Part shown: positions 22,271 through 33,545 of the stretch, piece by piece
How the letters are laid out: every line of letters starts with the position of its first letter
How positions within the stretch are numbered: the first letter of the stretch is position 1
NCBI GenBank assembly: GCA_013239625.1
Contig: MU056898.1
Span: 2,137,717-2,201,716, forward strand
Origin: Lama guanicoe
Lineage: Eukaryota
Length of the DNA: 64,000 nucleotides
Direction: 5' to 3'
Made by a program: the position numbers and the translations under genes
Notes under the pieces: generated by a model
What the model was told of the DNA's origin: nothing
The model's input: only the letters and a program-made list of their open reading frames with translations
The model's database searches: none

Positions 22271-22517
22271 CGATCCCAAGAGCCTAGTCCCAGTTCTGGT
22301 CAGGATGTTACAGAAAGCGTAATGAGGGATATTTGATTTGAAAATTTTAACAAAAGCTTTAAATCCTAAGACTTGCCATGTGGTATGTGTGTGTGCATGT
22401 GTGTGAGTGTGTGTGCTTGTGGGCACACACACATCTGATTGGCTTAAATGCTCCACGTGGCGGTGCGAGCACTCATGGCCCCGCCTCTCAGCACCCGTCT
22501 CTCCCCTCTGCCTGCAG

Positions 22518-22528
22518 ATGTGAGGTGA
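22518..22528 (+). CDS. PDGFA: PDGFA exon 7 coding part (DVR*, short isoform)
   Basis: ctcccctctgcctgcag|AT GTG AGG TGA; joining exon 5 gives GAT-GTG-AGG-TGA, 196-aa isoform. Confidence 0.96.
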
Positions 22529-23700
22529 GGATACGCCAGCAGCCCTCTCCCGGGACACGGATGTACATGATGTGTTACATTCCTGAACCTGCCATGTACG
22601 GTGCTTATCGCCAGCGCGGTCTTTGTTCTCCTCCGTGAAAACTGTCTCCATGCACACCCTGGAGAACAAAGAGACAGTATACGTTGTTTATGTGACATCA
22701 AAGCAAGTATTGTAGCACTCGGTGAAACAATAAGAAGCTTCCTTGTCAAAAAAAAAAAAGAGAGAGCGAGCGAGCAAACAAAACCACGAAACGCGACAAA
22801 CAAAACTGACTCACAAAAATATCTAAACCGTTGCCGGATCGGAGGGACGCCATGGGGTGGAAGCGACAGGCGTCTCGGCAGACTGGATCTCTGTCCAGGT
22901 GGTCACAGGTGCTCTTGCCAAGGACACGGAGCCTGCTTCCCGAAGACTGCAGTCGGATGCTGACAGGCTCTGCGGGGACGCAGGAGCTGGGAGCATCTCG
23001 GGAGCCGCACCCCCTTGCTGTAGTGTTTCAGTCTATACAGAAACCTTCTGAGAGCCTTAAGTGGATTTTTTTTTACACCATAAAGTGATTATTAAGCTTT
23101 CCTTTTTACTCTTTGCCTAGCTTTTTTTTTTTAATTATCTCTTGGATGACATTTACACTGATAACACCAGGCTGCTGTTAACAGTCAGGACAGTGGAACG
23201 GTATCTTTCCTAGCAGGATGCAAACGAATGAGATGTATTAAAATAAACATGGTATACCCACCTATGCATCATTTCCTAAATGTTTCTGGCTTTCCGTGTT
23301 TCTTCCTTGCCCCATTTAATTCACTTCTTAATTTAAGCCCTTTCGAGACTGTGCGTGAGCCAATCACCATCCCCGAGTGTCCTGTCCCCAGAGTCCCCCC
23401 GCTTGCCACGGTGTGGACCTCGGGACGTGGCTTCCCAAGTGGCTGCAAGGGGGGCTCCCTGCTGCTGCCAGGGTTTGGACAGAACGTAAACTCTTTATTT
23501 TTGGTAAGATGTTACGCTTAACCTGTATTCAACAGAAACCGTGTGTGTGTGTGTTGCTTTTGTTTTTGTTTCTTTGTAAAGGTGAACTTTGTATTTTTGT
23601 CTAATATTACCAGTTTTATATACTTGAGAGACGCCGTGGGTTTTTTGTTTCTTTGTTTTTAACCAAAAGGAAAAAACCAAACCAATCCACCAACAAAATA
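22529..23700 (+). other. PDGFA: PDGFA 3'UTR (exon 7)
   Basis: AT-rich blocks matching my recollection of the human PDGFA 3'UTR (e.g. GACATCAAAGCAAGTATTGTAGCACTCGG, ATGAGATGTATTAAAATAAACATGGTATACC); 3' end uncertain. Confidence 0.8.
23242..23247 (+). terminator. PDGFA: Polyadenylation signal AATAAA (proximal)
   Basis: AATAAA with upstream TGTA (23234) and a downstream U/GU-rich tract (23281-23306). Confidence 0.75.
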
Positions 23701-26700
23701 TATACACGTGAAAAACATTTGTAGCCATGTTTCTAGTTGTGAAGCCGAGTCCGGAACCCATTTCCTGTCCCATGGCCCGCGGCGTGGTTGCTGGAGCTCC
23801 CAGTTGGTAGCTGAGAGATTACAGATTACAGCCACCTGGCCGGCCGGGGCCCTGGCCTGCACTTGGGATTCCAAAACTTCCTGGGAAGTGGCCAGAGGAG
23901 CCGTCCTGCTGGTGCATGTGGCCTCGGAAATGGAGCTGTTCACCCTTCAGAGCACCCGGGGATGATGAAGAACTGAACCCACGTGGCGGGTTGACCGCAG
24001 TGTCTGTGTGCACCTGCGTCGCCCACTGCCTGCTGTCCTAGTCCTCGTCGCCTCAGGGCTCGCGTGACCCGTCAAGATCCCCCCATTCCGTGGGGTCGTC
24101 TCCGGGGTGACAACGAGCATCCCTGTGTTCACCTGTTCATGGAAGATTTGGATAAAGGACTAACCAGCAGCATGTCTTCAGGGTGTAGTTTTGGCTGCAG
24201 GCTGATGCCTGTCAAGGGCGTGGAGCAGGCATAGTGGTGGGCGCAGGCGGTGTGTCCCCTGTCCCCTATGCCCCCCCCGAGTGGAGTGTCCCCTGTTTGG
24301 GCTCTGTGCGAGGTGCCCGCTGCCCCAGGCCACTGTGCCCGGCGTGTGAGGGCTGCGCTGTACACAATGCTGTGCTGTGGACACGTGTCTGATGTCAGAT
24401 GTATGAACGTGATAATGTACTTACGGTCCCTGAGATTCCCAGGACACTGCTGAGTTTTTCTTTCTTTGCGCAGAGCCGTCTGATAAACGGCCTGTCCATT
24501 AAAGTGATGGCACAGAGAGGCCTGGTGTGCTCTTGGCGGGGAGGAAGGGGCACCACGAGGGGCTGGGGCCCCGGTGGGGATGCAGGAGGGTGTCGGTGGC
24601 GGGGCTGAGCCTGGGCTTGCTCCTTTGGGTGCCACTGAGGGGGGGGTCCTGCACGGCTGCATGGAGCTGGTGCCGGAGTGGTGCCCGGCCGAGGGGAGCC
24701 GAGCCCAGGCAGCGGGCAGGGAGGGCTGCAGTCCTGGGGGCCGGTCTGGCTGGGTTGTCTAGGCCACAGCTGCACTGCTTTCCCGCATTCCCGCTCCTAC
24801 TGGGCCCTCCTGGCCCTACGGTAACCCTGGGTGCCCCTGGCGTGCCCCGAAGCTGGCCCTTTACAGCGGAGGCATGTACTGAGCCCATGAGCCAGGCCCA
24901 TCGGGACTCTGACGTACGTGTCTGCGAACGGGCTGAGACGCCGAGCGCAGAGGAGGCGCCGGGACCTGGGCCCTGCCTCCTGTGCAGAGGCGTGCTGCAC
25001 CGGCCCTGGCTTGTCCTCTTTCGTGTTTCTGGCCCACGCTGCAGGGGAATGAAGCCCTCGGGTGCAGGGCAAGGGTGGCACCTCCCCCATGGCCCTGCTG
25101 GAGCCTGCAGTCCCCTGGTCACACCTGTCCTGGCCCCGGCCAGTGGCCCCTCCAGGGATCATGTGGTCTGGGTCCTTGGCATCCAGGCGCCTCCACCATA
25201 GCTCCCTGTCTCATTCCAGGTGTGGCATCCCAGCCTGAGCAGCAGGCTGACCTTGCCGGAGGGCGGCTGTTCCTGGATGGCCAGCCAGGTTCCGCGTGGG
25301 CTCTGTCTCTGGCCGGCCGGCTGGAGCTGCCTTGGGACCCCAGCGGCACAGAGAGCGAGAGCTGACCGGGCTCGGACCACCCTGGCCCTGCCCCCAGTCT
25401 CGCACCTGAACTCGAGGGCGTGGCGGGGCTTTTACCCGGATTGGGGTCCTCTGACGGTTCTGGGGGTGGAGACTGCGAGCTTCCGCTTTGAAACAGGGAG
25501 CTGTGCCCTTGGCGGGCCCTGGGGCCTCTCAGGGAGACCCTGGGCTGAAGAGCGGAGGATGGGCCACCGAGCCCTTCAGGAAAGGCTGTGTGAGGCCTGG
25601 CGTGTTGAGGGGCTGGTCTGTCGCTGGGCCTGGGTCTCCCGTGGAGGGTCATCCTGCGTGGTGCTGGGGCCTAGGCCGGGCCAGGCCCGGGATGAGGGCC
25701 TCCCGTGCCTCCAGTAACCAAGTGGTCCTCTCCGGAACGCCCTCTGTGAAGTGTGGCCAGGAAGGCTGCTGCAGGGGCCCCAAGGGACAGCGAGTTGCTC
25801 AAGGTCAGAGGAGGAAGCCTCAGCCCTCCCTGCCGCCGCTGCCCACCTGCTCCTTGAAGGGGACCTGGGGTCCTGACCTCTGACCTGTCACTGTTGTGGG
25901 TGTCGCTGGGCCCTTGTGTACACCAGCTGTTCTCGCTCCTCCGTTACTGAGGGCACGGCTGACACGTGTCCCACAGAACTGAGGGTCTCAGGCCAGCTCC
26001 CCGTTCCCAGGCGATGGCAGAAGGCCTCAGAGCTCTGGCGCCTGCCTGGCGCCCATCCGAGTTCCAGGACCCCAGAGGGGCCCCCCATCAACCACGGAGG
26101 GGGTTGAGGTGGCCCCCTGGGCTGGGTGGGCTGAGCTCCCTTGTCCCATTTCTGTTGTGCGATGGAACTCCACTGGGAACTAGACAGACAGTGGGCAGGA
26201 CAGGTTCCCTAGGGATCGGCGGGCCCTGTGAAGATGTGGCTACGAAGTACGGGGCTGGGTAGTGTGAGCCCTGGGCCCCAAAGCAGAGCCTGGCGTGGGC
26301 TGGGGCAGAACGCTTCTTGGAGGGAAGTTGCTGGGCGCCCTCGCTGGGCTCCACCCGGGGAAGCTTCGAAAAGCCCCTCAGCCGACTGCCCGCCGTGCTC
26401 GTGCCGCACGGAGCCCTTCCTGTGGCGTCGTCGGCAGCGGTGGGCAGAAAGCCGGGACGCCTAGTCGGGCTGAGTGGCAGCTGGGGGTTGCCGTGGGCAC
26501 GGGGGCAGGGCCGACCCTCCATCCTGGGCCGGGCCAGGCTCCGTCACCTGCTCTTCCCAGCACGCCCACCCCCAGCCCCCTGCCCTCCAAGCACAAGTGT
26601 CATCAGTCTTTTCCCACCCCCACCTCCTGGACTGCTTGGAATCCCTCAATGAGAGTGACCTTCAAAACTGGGACAGGCCTCGGTCCCTGCCTGGCCAGAG

Positions 26701-29074
26701 AAGTGGCCCTGGCCTCTCCTCTAGTGCTCTCTGCCAGCCTCACGACCCCAGCCCGGCCTCACCAGCTTGGTCCGTTCTGTTCTGTCGGGTACAAACTGCA
26801 TGTGAGTCTCTGGGCCCAGGATGGGCAGGGCGGCCCAGGCGAAGGAGCCAGCGTTTCTGGGGCTCGATGTCACCCGTGTCCCGTGGGGCCCGCGGTCTGG
26901 AGCAGAGTGAACTCCCCAGGCCCTCCCAGGCTTGGGGGGGCTACTTGAAAAGAGGTCCGTCTGCAGACCATTCCGGGCCCCTTGCTGGGGGCAGCTGAGG
27001 GTGGGGTGTGGGCACATGGACCACCTAGCGGTGGGACGTTGGGCATCTCACCATGGGGCCTTACAGGTCACTTCCCCGTTCTTGGCTGGCCAGCTGTCCT
27101 GGTGGACGTGGTGAAGTAAGGGCTTGGCTCAGAGCAGACCCTCCAGAAGGAGTCACGGGGCCTCCAACACAGAGGAGGAACAAAGGAGGAGCTGGCCTTA
27201 GGCCAGGGAAGCAGGGGCTGAGGGCTGAAGCAAGACCCCAGGACCATCTGACTCTCAGCCCACCGTGCCACCCCACCACCCCCAGGGCTCTCCTACCGGG
27301 AAGGGGCTGACTGTGAGAACTCACACATCCATCCTCACTGCGAGGTGAGGCATGATACAGGGCTTCCCCCGGGCAGAGCCCTCATGCGCAGTGCAGGGGA
27401 AGGGGGCCCTCTCTGCCCTTCCCCGCGTCCCCAGGGCCGAGCTCCCTCCAGACTGGGGCCGCCTGCCCTCCTCACGCCTCCCTCAGGTAGCAGTGTCTTC
27501 CTGGGTCTGGGCCCTCAACAGCCGGGGACCCTGGGAGGCAGGGCTGGGGTCTCTTCTCTGGATCCCCAGAAGCCCCTAGGGGAAGGCCTGGCAGCCAAGG
27601 GGCTGTTTGCTCAGAGCCCAGCCCTCCTGCCCCCGGGGCCCTGGATCTCAGGTTGTCCTGACTGCTCTGAGAGAGAAGCCTCCTGGCCCCCCTGGAGTGG
27701 GGGCCAGAGCAGTGTGTAGGAGCTGGCCCGTCACCCCGCAGGGCCCTCCCATGGACGGCCCCACTGGAATCCACCCCTACTCCCTGCGGGGCACTGGGAT
27801 GCAAAGTGTGTGGTTTCTGCAGAATAAAACAGCGACTGTTCCAACCAGGCCCTTGAGCTGCCAAAAAATGTGGAGTGTTCACTGTCTGGCCCCCGGCCTG
27901 CTGATGAGGGGGAGGGGGTGGCCTTCCTGGGAAGACTGCCCCACTGAGCACCAGACACCATCTGAGCACCCAGCCCCAAGCCCCTGCCAGGGTCAAGCCG
28001 CCCCCACCCCGCCCCTCTGGCCCCCGGCCCTCACTGGCACCTGTCTCTGCAAGGCCAGACACCTCGGGGCTCCACCCGGTGCTGCCCTGCCCAGAGGCCC
28101 TTTGTGGCTCTGGTGTTCAGGGTGGATAGACAGACAGAAACTCTCCTCTCAGCCCCAGCCCCTGACCTGGGGATGCCTGCCCGTCTGGGGATGAGGAACC
28201 TGGAGCATACAGCGGGCAGGCCGCCAGGCCCCTGCCTGGTGGGCAGTCCTGCCCTCTTGGTGAGTCTAGGCTGGGGCAGCCGTGCCCTCTGCAGAATGTG
28301 GCGGCCCATCGTGGGGCCTGGTGGGGAGGTCGGCCCAGAGCCCATTCTGGCTCCTTCTGCTGCACCTCCAAGTGCAGCAGACACACGTGCTTGGCGGGTG
28401 TCGCCCTGCTGCTCGGGAGCCATGCTGCCTTTCCTGGGTGCCTGGAGGGGTGGGCCTCTGTTGGGGCTGGCTTGGGGACAGGCCCTGGGGACCCCAGCCT
28501 TGCTGTCTAGCTGCCCCCGCGGTCCTTCCCCGCCTGTCCTCAGCCCTGCTGGCCCTCGGGGGTCGGCAGTTATCGCCTGCTGCAGCCCCACCCCCGCCAG
28601 GCCCCAGGTATCCTCGGACCCTCAGCTGCATTTCTGGAGAGAAAGAGGCTGCTGCAGACTTGCCAGGACCTGTGCTCCTGGAGAGGCGGCTGCCACCTAG
28701 AGCGGGAGGCCTGTGCCTTGTCAAGGCGGAACCTCAGCTCAGCCCCACAGGCACCCACGACCTTTGCTTGACCCCAGAGCCATGCCCCCTTCCTCGGCTG
28801 GTCCAGGGCCCCTGATCGGTCCCCGGCACAGCAGAGTGCCCGCTGGGCAGGGCAGCTCCCTGAGGCCGCCTGGTGTCAGGGAGTGGGGTCGGTGACCTCA
28901 CTCAGGGCCGCACTCTGGGCCTCAGTTTCCTCATCCGTGAGGTGGCAACACTGCTGTTAGACCGTAGCAGACCAGATGCCCCCAGATTCTGCGCACAAGA
29001 TGATTTTAAGTGGTGCACTGATAAAAATTTATGACCATGTTTTCTTCGAAGACGTTGTAAAACATTAAAACATT

Positions 29075-31165
29075 GTAGTTTTAGCTCTTACATGTAGGTC
29101 TTTGGTCCATTTCGAGTGATTTTGGCGCATGGTGTGAGGTAGGGGCCAACTGTCATTCCTTTCCATGTGGACGTCCAGCTGTCCATCTGTCCAAAGACTC
29201 TTTCTCCCACTGAATTGTCTCCACACCTTGTTGAAAATCTTTGACCACAGAAGTGAGGGTGTACTTCTGGACCCTCAGCTCTGTCCCGCTGACCTGTCTG
29301 TCTTTCTGTCCAGACCACCGTGCCATCACTGCCGCAGTTTGCAGGAAGCCTGAGGTCGGGAAGGGTGAGTCCTCCAACACTGCTCTTTTTTGTCAGCGCT
29401 GCTCTGGCGATTTAGAGTCCGTCATCTTCCCATTTGAATTTTAGGGTCAGCTCATCAAGTTCTGCAGGAAAAGCAGCGAGGGTTTTGGTGGGGATTGGGT
29501 TGAATCTGTAGGTCAGTGTGGACATGTGCCACCTTATCGTGTCTTCCAGTCGTGAGCACAGGGTGTCTTTCCTTGTATCTAAAGTCTTCGATTTCTTCCA
29601 GTCACACTTGTGTCACCTCCAGTGCACAACCTTGCATTCTTGTCTGAAATTTGTTCCCTAGTGTTTCACTCTGTCTGGCTCTGTTGTCAGTGGGGTTGCT
29701 TTCTTCCCTCAATGTCTGGACTGTTGGTGGCGGGTGCGCGCAGTTCCGCTTGCACTGGTGTTTACGTGTTCACCCCTCGTCCAGCAGCCTCGCTGCCTCG
29801 TTTGTAGCTCCAGGGTGTCTGTGTGCGTTTGGATTCCTTGGCGTTTTCTACGCGCAAGATCACGTCATCTTCAGACAGGAGTCGTTGACTACTTTCCTCT
29901 TAATCTGGGTGTGTTTGTTTCTTTTTCTTGTCTCAGCGCCCTGACAAGATCCTCCAAGACCACGCCGAACGCACGTGAGAGAGAGGCCATCGCTGTCTTC
30001 CTCCTGGTCTTGAGGGGAGGCTCCCGTTGTTCGGCATCACCTGCGTGCCGGCCCCGTCCATCCAGGGGCGGAGGTTGCTTCTCTTTCTAGTTTGCTGAGG
30101 GTTTTTATCAGGAAGGGGTGTTGCACTTTTCTGGGTGATGCTTTTTCTGTGTCACTGGAGATGATCACACGTTTCTTCCTTATCCTGTTAATGCAGTGTC
30201 TGTATGACACACAGTAATGGAGTTACATGTGCATATTTACATGCATCTTATTGGCTGATTTTGTGTATGTTGAACCAAACTTGTATTCCTGGAAGAAGTC
30301 ACGCGTATGGTCATTATTTTCATGTGTTGCTGGATTTCATTTGCTGATATTTTGCTGAAGATTTTTGCATCTATATATAGTGGTCTGTGTTTTCTTCTTG
30401 TGCCATCTTCGGTTTTGGTATCAACACACAAAAATAAAGAGTCTGTGGGAACGGGTCCCCTCCTCTTGTATTTTTTAGAAAACTTTGGAAGCATTGGTGT
30501 TAATTCTTTTTAACATATTTGGTAGATTTCACCAGTGAGTCCATCTGGGCCTGGCCTTTTCTTTGTAGGAAGGTTTTTGATCACAGATTCAACCTCTTTT
30601 AATAATAACCCTTCATTTCTCTTGGAGTCAGTTCTTTCTGATTCAGTTTCAGTAGCTCGTGTGTTTCTGGGAATTTTTCCATTTCATCTAGGTTATCTTG
30701 TTTCTTGGCATACAACTGTTGAGAGTGTTCCCTTACGATTCTTTTTATTGCTGTAAGGTTCCCTTTTTTCATTTCTGGTTTTAGTCATTTGAGTTTTCTC
30801 TCTCGTTCTCTTGGTCAGCGTAGCTGAAGGCTCATTCATTTTGTTGATCTTTTCAAAGAAGCAACATTCAGCTCTGTTAATATTCTTCGTTGCTTCTCTG
30901 ATCTCCGTTTCCCTTCTAATCTTGATTATTTCCTTCCTCTGCTTGTTTTGGGTCGAGTTTGGTCTTATTCCAGTTTCTTAAAATGGAAGATTGAATTTTT
31001 GATTTGAGACCTTTCTTTTTTCCACAGCACCGGGGGCTGCAGTTATCAATTGCCCTCTACGCACTGCACTAGCTGCATTTCCAGACTTTTGGTGTGTGTG
31101 TTTTCCTTTCCATTCGCCTCAGAGTATTTTCCAGTTTCCTTTGAATGCGCCTTGTATGTGCCTCT
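29075..31165 (-). mobile_element. Degraded LINE-1 ORF2 fragment (ancient L1M)
   Basis: Minus-strand fragments IDAKIFSKISANEIQQHMK, QKDRQ, GPEVHPHFCGQ, GPYLTPCAKIT resemble L1 ORF2p (IDAKILNKILANRIQQHIK, SPEINPHIYGQ, DPYLTPYTKIN); many stops and frameshifts. Confidence 0.9.
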
Positions 31166-31878
31166 GTTTTCTTTCTGCTCATGAGAAAGGCACCTCCCCA
31201 GGTCACTAAATAGTCTTCTGCTGGCTTCCTGGAGCCTGCCTGGCTGAGACCACCGTCCCCCCTGCTCCCTGCAGCTTCTGGCTGAGCTCCCAGGCACACA
31301 GTCTTTCTAGAAGCAGAAGCACACATTAAGTGTCCCTGTCACATTCTATCGCCCCACCCCCAGCCGTGCACGCGCGGCCAAGGCCCTCTTAGAGGGGCCA
31401 TGGGGGCTGCTCAGGCATGGAGAGGTGGGCCCTCCTGCAGAGGCAGGAGGTGCCAATGGTGCATCCAGTGTTGGCGAGACATTCCGGAATGGCCCCTGCA
31501 CCGGGGTGGCCCACCTGGCCGCCCTGACGGTGGCGGTGTGTGTCCCAGCAGCCTGGCCTTCTTTCCTGGTTCTGCCTTCATCGAAGGGTAGGAATGAACA
31601 GGGTCACGATCCATCAGGCCACAGAGAGCCCTGAGCTGAGAGCAGGTCTGGGGAGGCTGGACGGGAGTGGCCCAGGCCTGGCAGTGGTGTCCCGGACAAG
31701 GCCTCCCCTCCTGGGCCTCAGCTCGGCCTTCAGGGATTGTCCCTGTGTTTGCAGGATATTTGCCGGTTAAGGAGGGCTTCCTCAGGACCTCCCACCAGAC
31801 ATCTGAAGGGCCTCCCCAGCCGGGTTTTCTCGCGGAGGGAGACCCTCCTGGATGGGGAAGAGGGAACAGGGACCGCAT

Positions 31879-31946
31879 GCTAGGGTCCACACTGCAAAGA
31901 CGCCACCCACTAGCTGGGGTCCACACTGCAAAGACGCCACCCGCTA
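31879..31946. repeat. 34-bp tandem duplication (2 copies, 2 mismatches)
   Basis: GCTAGGGTCCACACTGCAAAGACGCCACCCACTA / GCTGGGGTCCACACTGCAAAGACGCCACCCGCTA. Confidence 0.9.
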
Positions 31947-33314
31947 GAGCAGCTCTCCCCCTTATTTCTGGGGAGCCTGTCAGTGCCCGGGGCTGAGCCA
32001 CGTTCCTCGGGAGGGCAGCTGCCTGGGGAGACCCAGGACCCAGAGCTGCTGCCTCCCAGGCCTCAGCTCCGGCATCACGGGGCTGGTGCTGGGGCCCCGG
32101 GGACAGAGGGCTGTTTACCCAACACCGGTGTGGCGGGGGTGGGGGTGGGGGTTGGCAAACAGCCCTCGGCTGGCTCCGGGCCTGCCAGTGGGCCTGGGTG
32201 GCGTCCAGGGGCCCCTCAGCCTGCATACCTTCCTCCCCACCTCCTCAGCCACTGACCTGCGGTGACCCTGAACAAAGGAAATCCCTAAAGCTAACTTCCA
32301 CGGCTGCGTGTGGCGACGGGTCAGGGGCGTCTCGGAAGCCACACCCTCTCCCTGCTCCGGGCCCCCCAGGAGAGGCGTGAGGCCGGTAAGCCAGCTGGGT
32401 CTAGGCCCAGAGAGGGAACCCACAGGTCTGAGGACACACAGCAGGGCCACAGGCTCTTCCTGTGGCCGGGGGGCCTCTGGGAGCCAGCCATCTCCGGGGG
32501 CCCCAGACCTCCCCAGACAACACCTGTCACTCGGGTTCCAGCCCCAACAGGGGGCAGTGGGGAGGTGGGCCCGCTTTCCGAGGCGGCTGGGCTCCTGTCC
32601 AAATTCATAACAGCCTGAGAAACACCCTCTGGAAAAAAGCAGCCCGAATCATCATCTTGTGTGTTTAAAAAATTCTGGCATTTTCCCCTCAAAATCTGTC
32701 CTAGTTATGCTTGAGCTCTCCTGACCCGAGAATACTTTTATTTATGACAGAAAACTCATCTCCATGGTAACGCCTTAGGAAGCTGCAGCCTCGAGATGAT
32801 AGCTTCCCAAGCAATGAAGGCAATAAATGGATTTTTTCACAAAACAGCGACTCTGTCATGAACTGGCCACTGGGCTGTCTAGGTGGGGGCTGGGTGGTGA
32901 GGGACCCCCCCCACCCTGAGCAAACAAGCCCAGGGCTGGCCAGGGGCCCGGATCCGGCTGGCGGGGCCTTCCCCACACCAGGCGCTGGACTCTCCCGGCC
33001 GCCTGCAAGGTAACGTCTCTGCCTCACCTTCCTTGCCTGAGAAGTGGGCACAGGGAGTGGGAGAGCCCTGGTCATCCCCGGGGAGACTCAGGGTGCTTCC
33101 TCTACAGCCTCTCTGCCCTGACCTGGGCTCCCAGGTCAGCCTGAAGTCCAAAGCGAGGGGGGGGAGTGCCGATCAGTTCCAGTGGGGAGACAGTTCCTCT
33201 GGTCCAGCCCGGCCTGGGAGTCCCTTGTGGGAACCTCAGGTGGACATCCAAGTGGAGCTGCTCCTCTGGTTCCATGGGTCTCTCATCCTCTGATTAATCC
33301 GTCCTTCCCCTTTC

Positions 33315-33545
33315 ACCCATGCATTTATTTTTCCATCCACCGCCTACCCACATGCCCATCCATCCACCATCTTCCCACCCGTCCATCCACCCGCCCATCC
33401 ATCCACCATCTTCCCACCCGTCCATCCATCCAAGAAATACTTCTTCAGCACCTACCAGGGCCTGTCACTGTGCTGGACACTGCTGACTCTTTGCCTCCGT
33501 GGAGCTAACCACTGGGGGAAAATCAGGCGTTAATCACACAAACTT
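33315..33545 (-). mobile_element. L2 3' end with expanded degenerate (CCAT/CCAC) simple-repeat tail
   Basis: CCATCCATCCACC repeats followed by AAATACTT..AGCACCTAC..TGTGCTGG..TGGAGCT. Confidence 0.55.
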
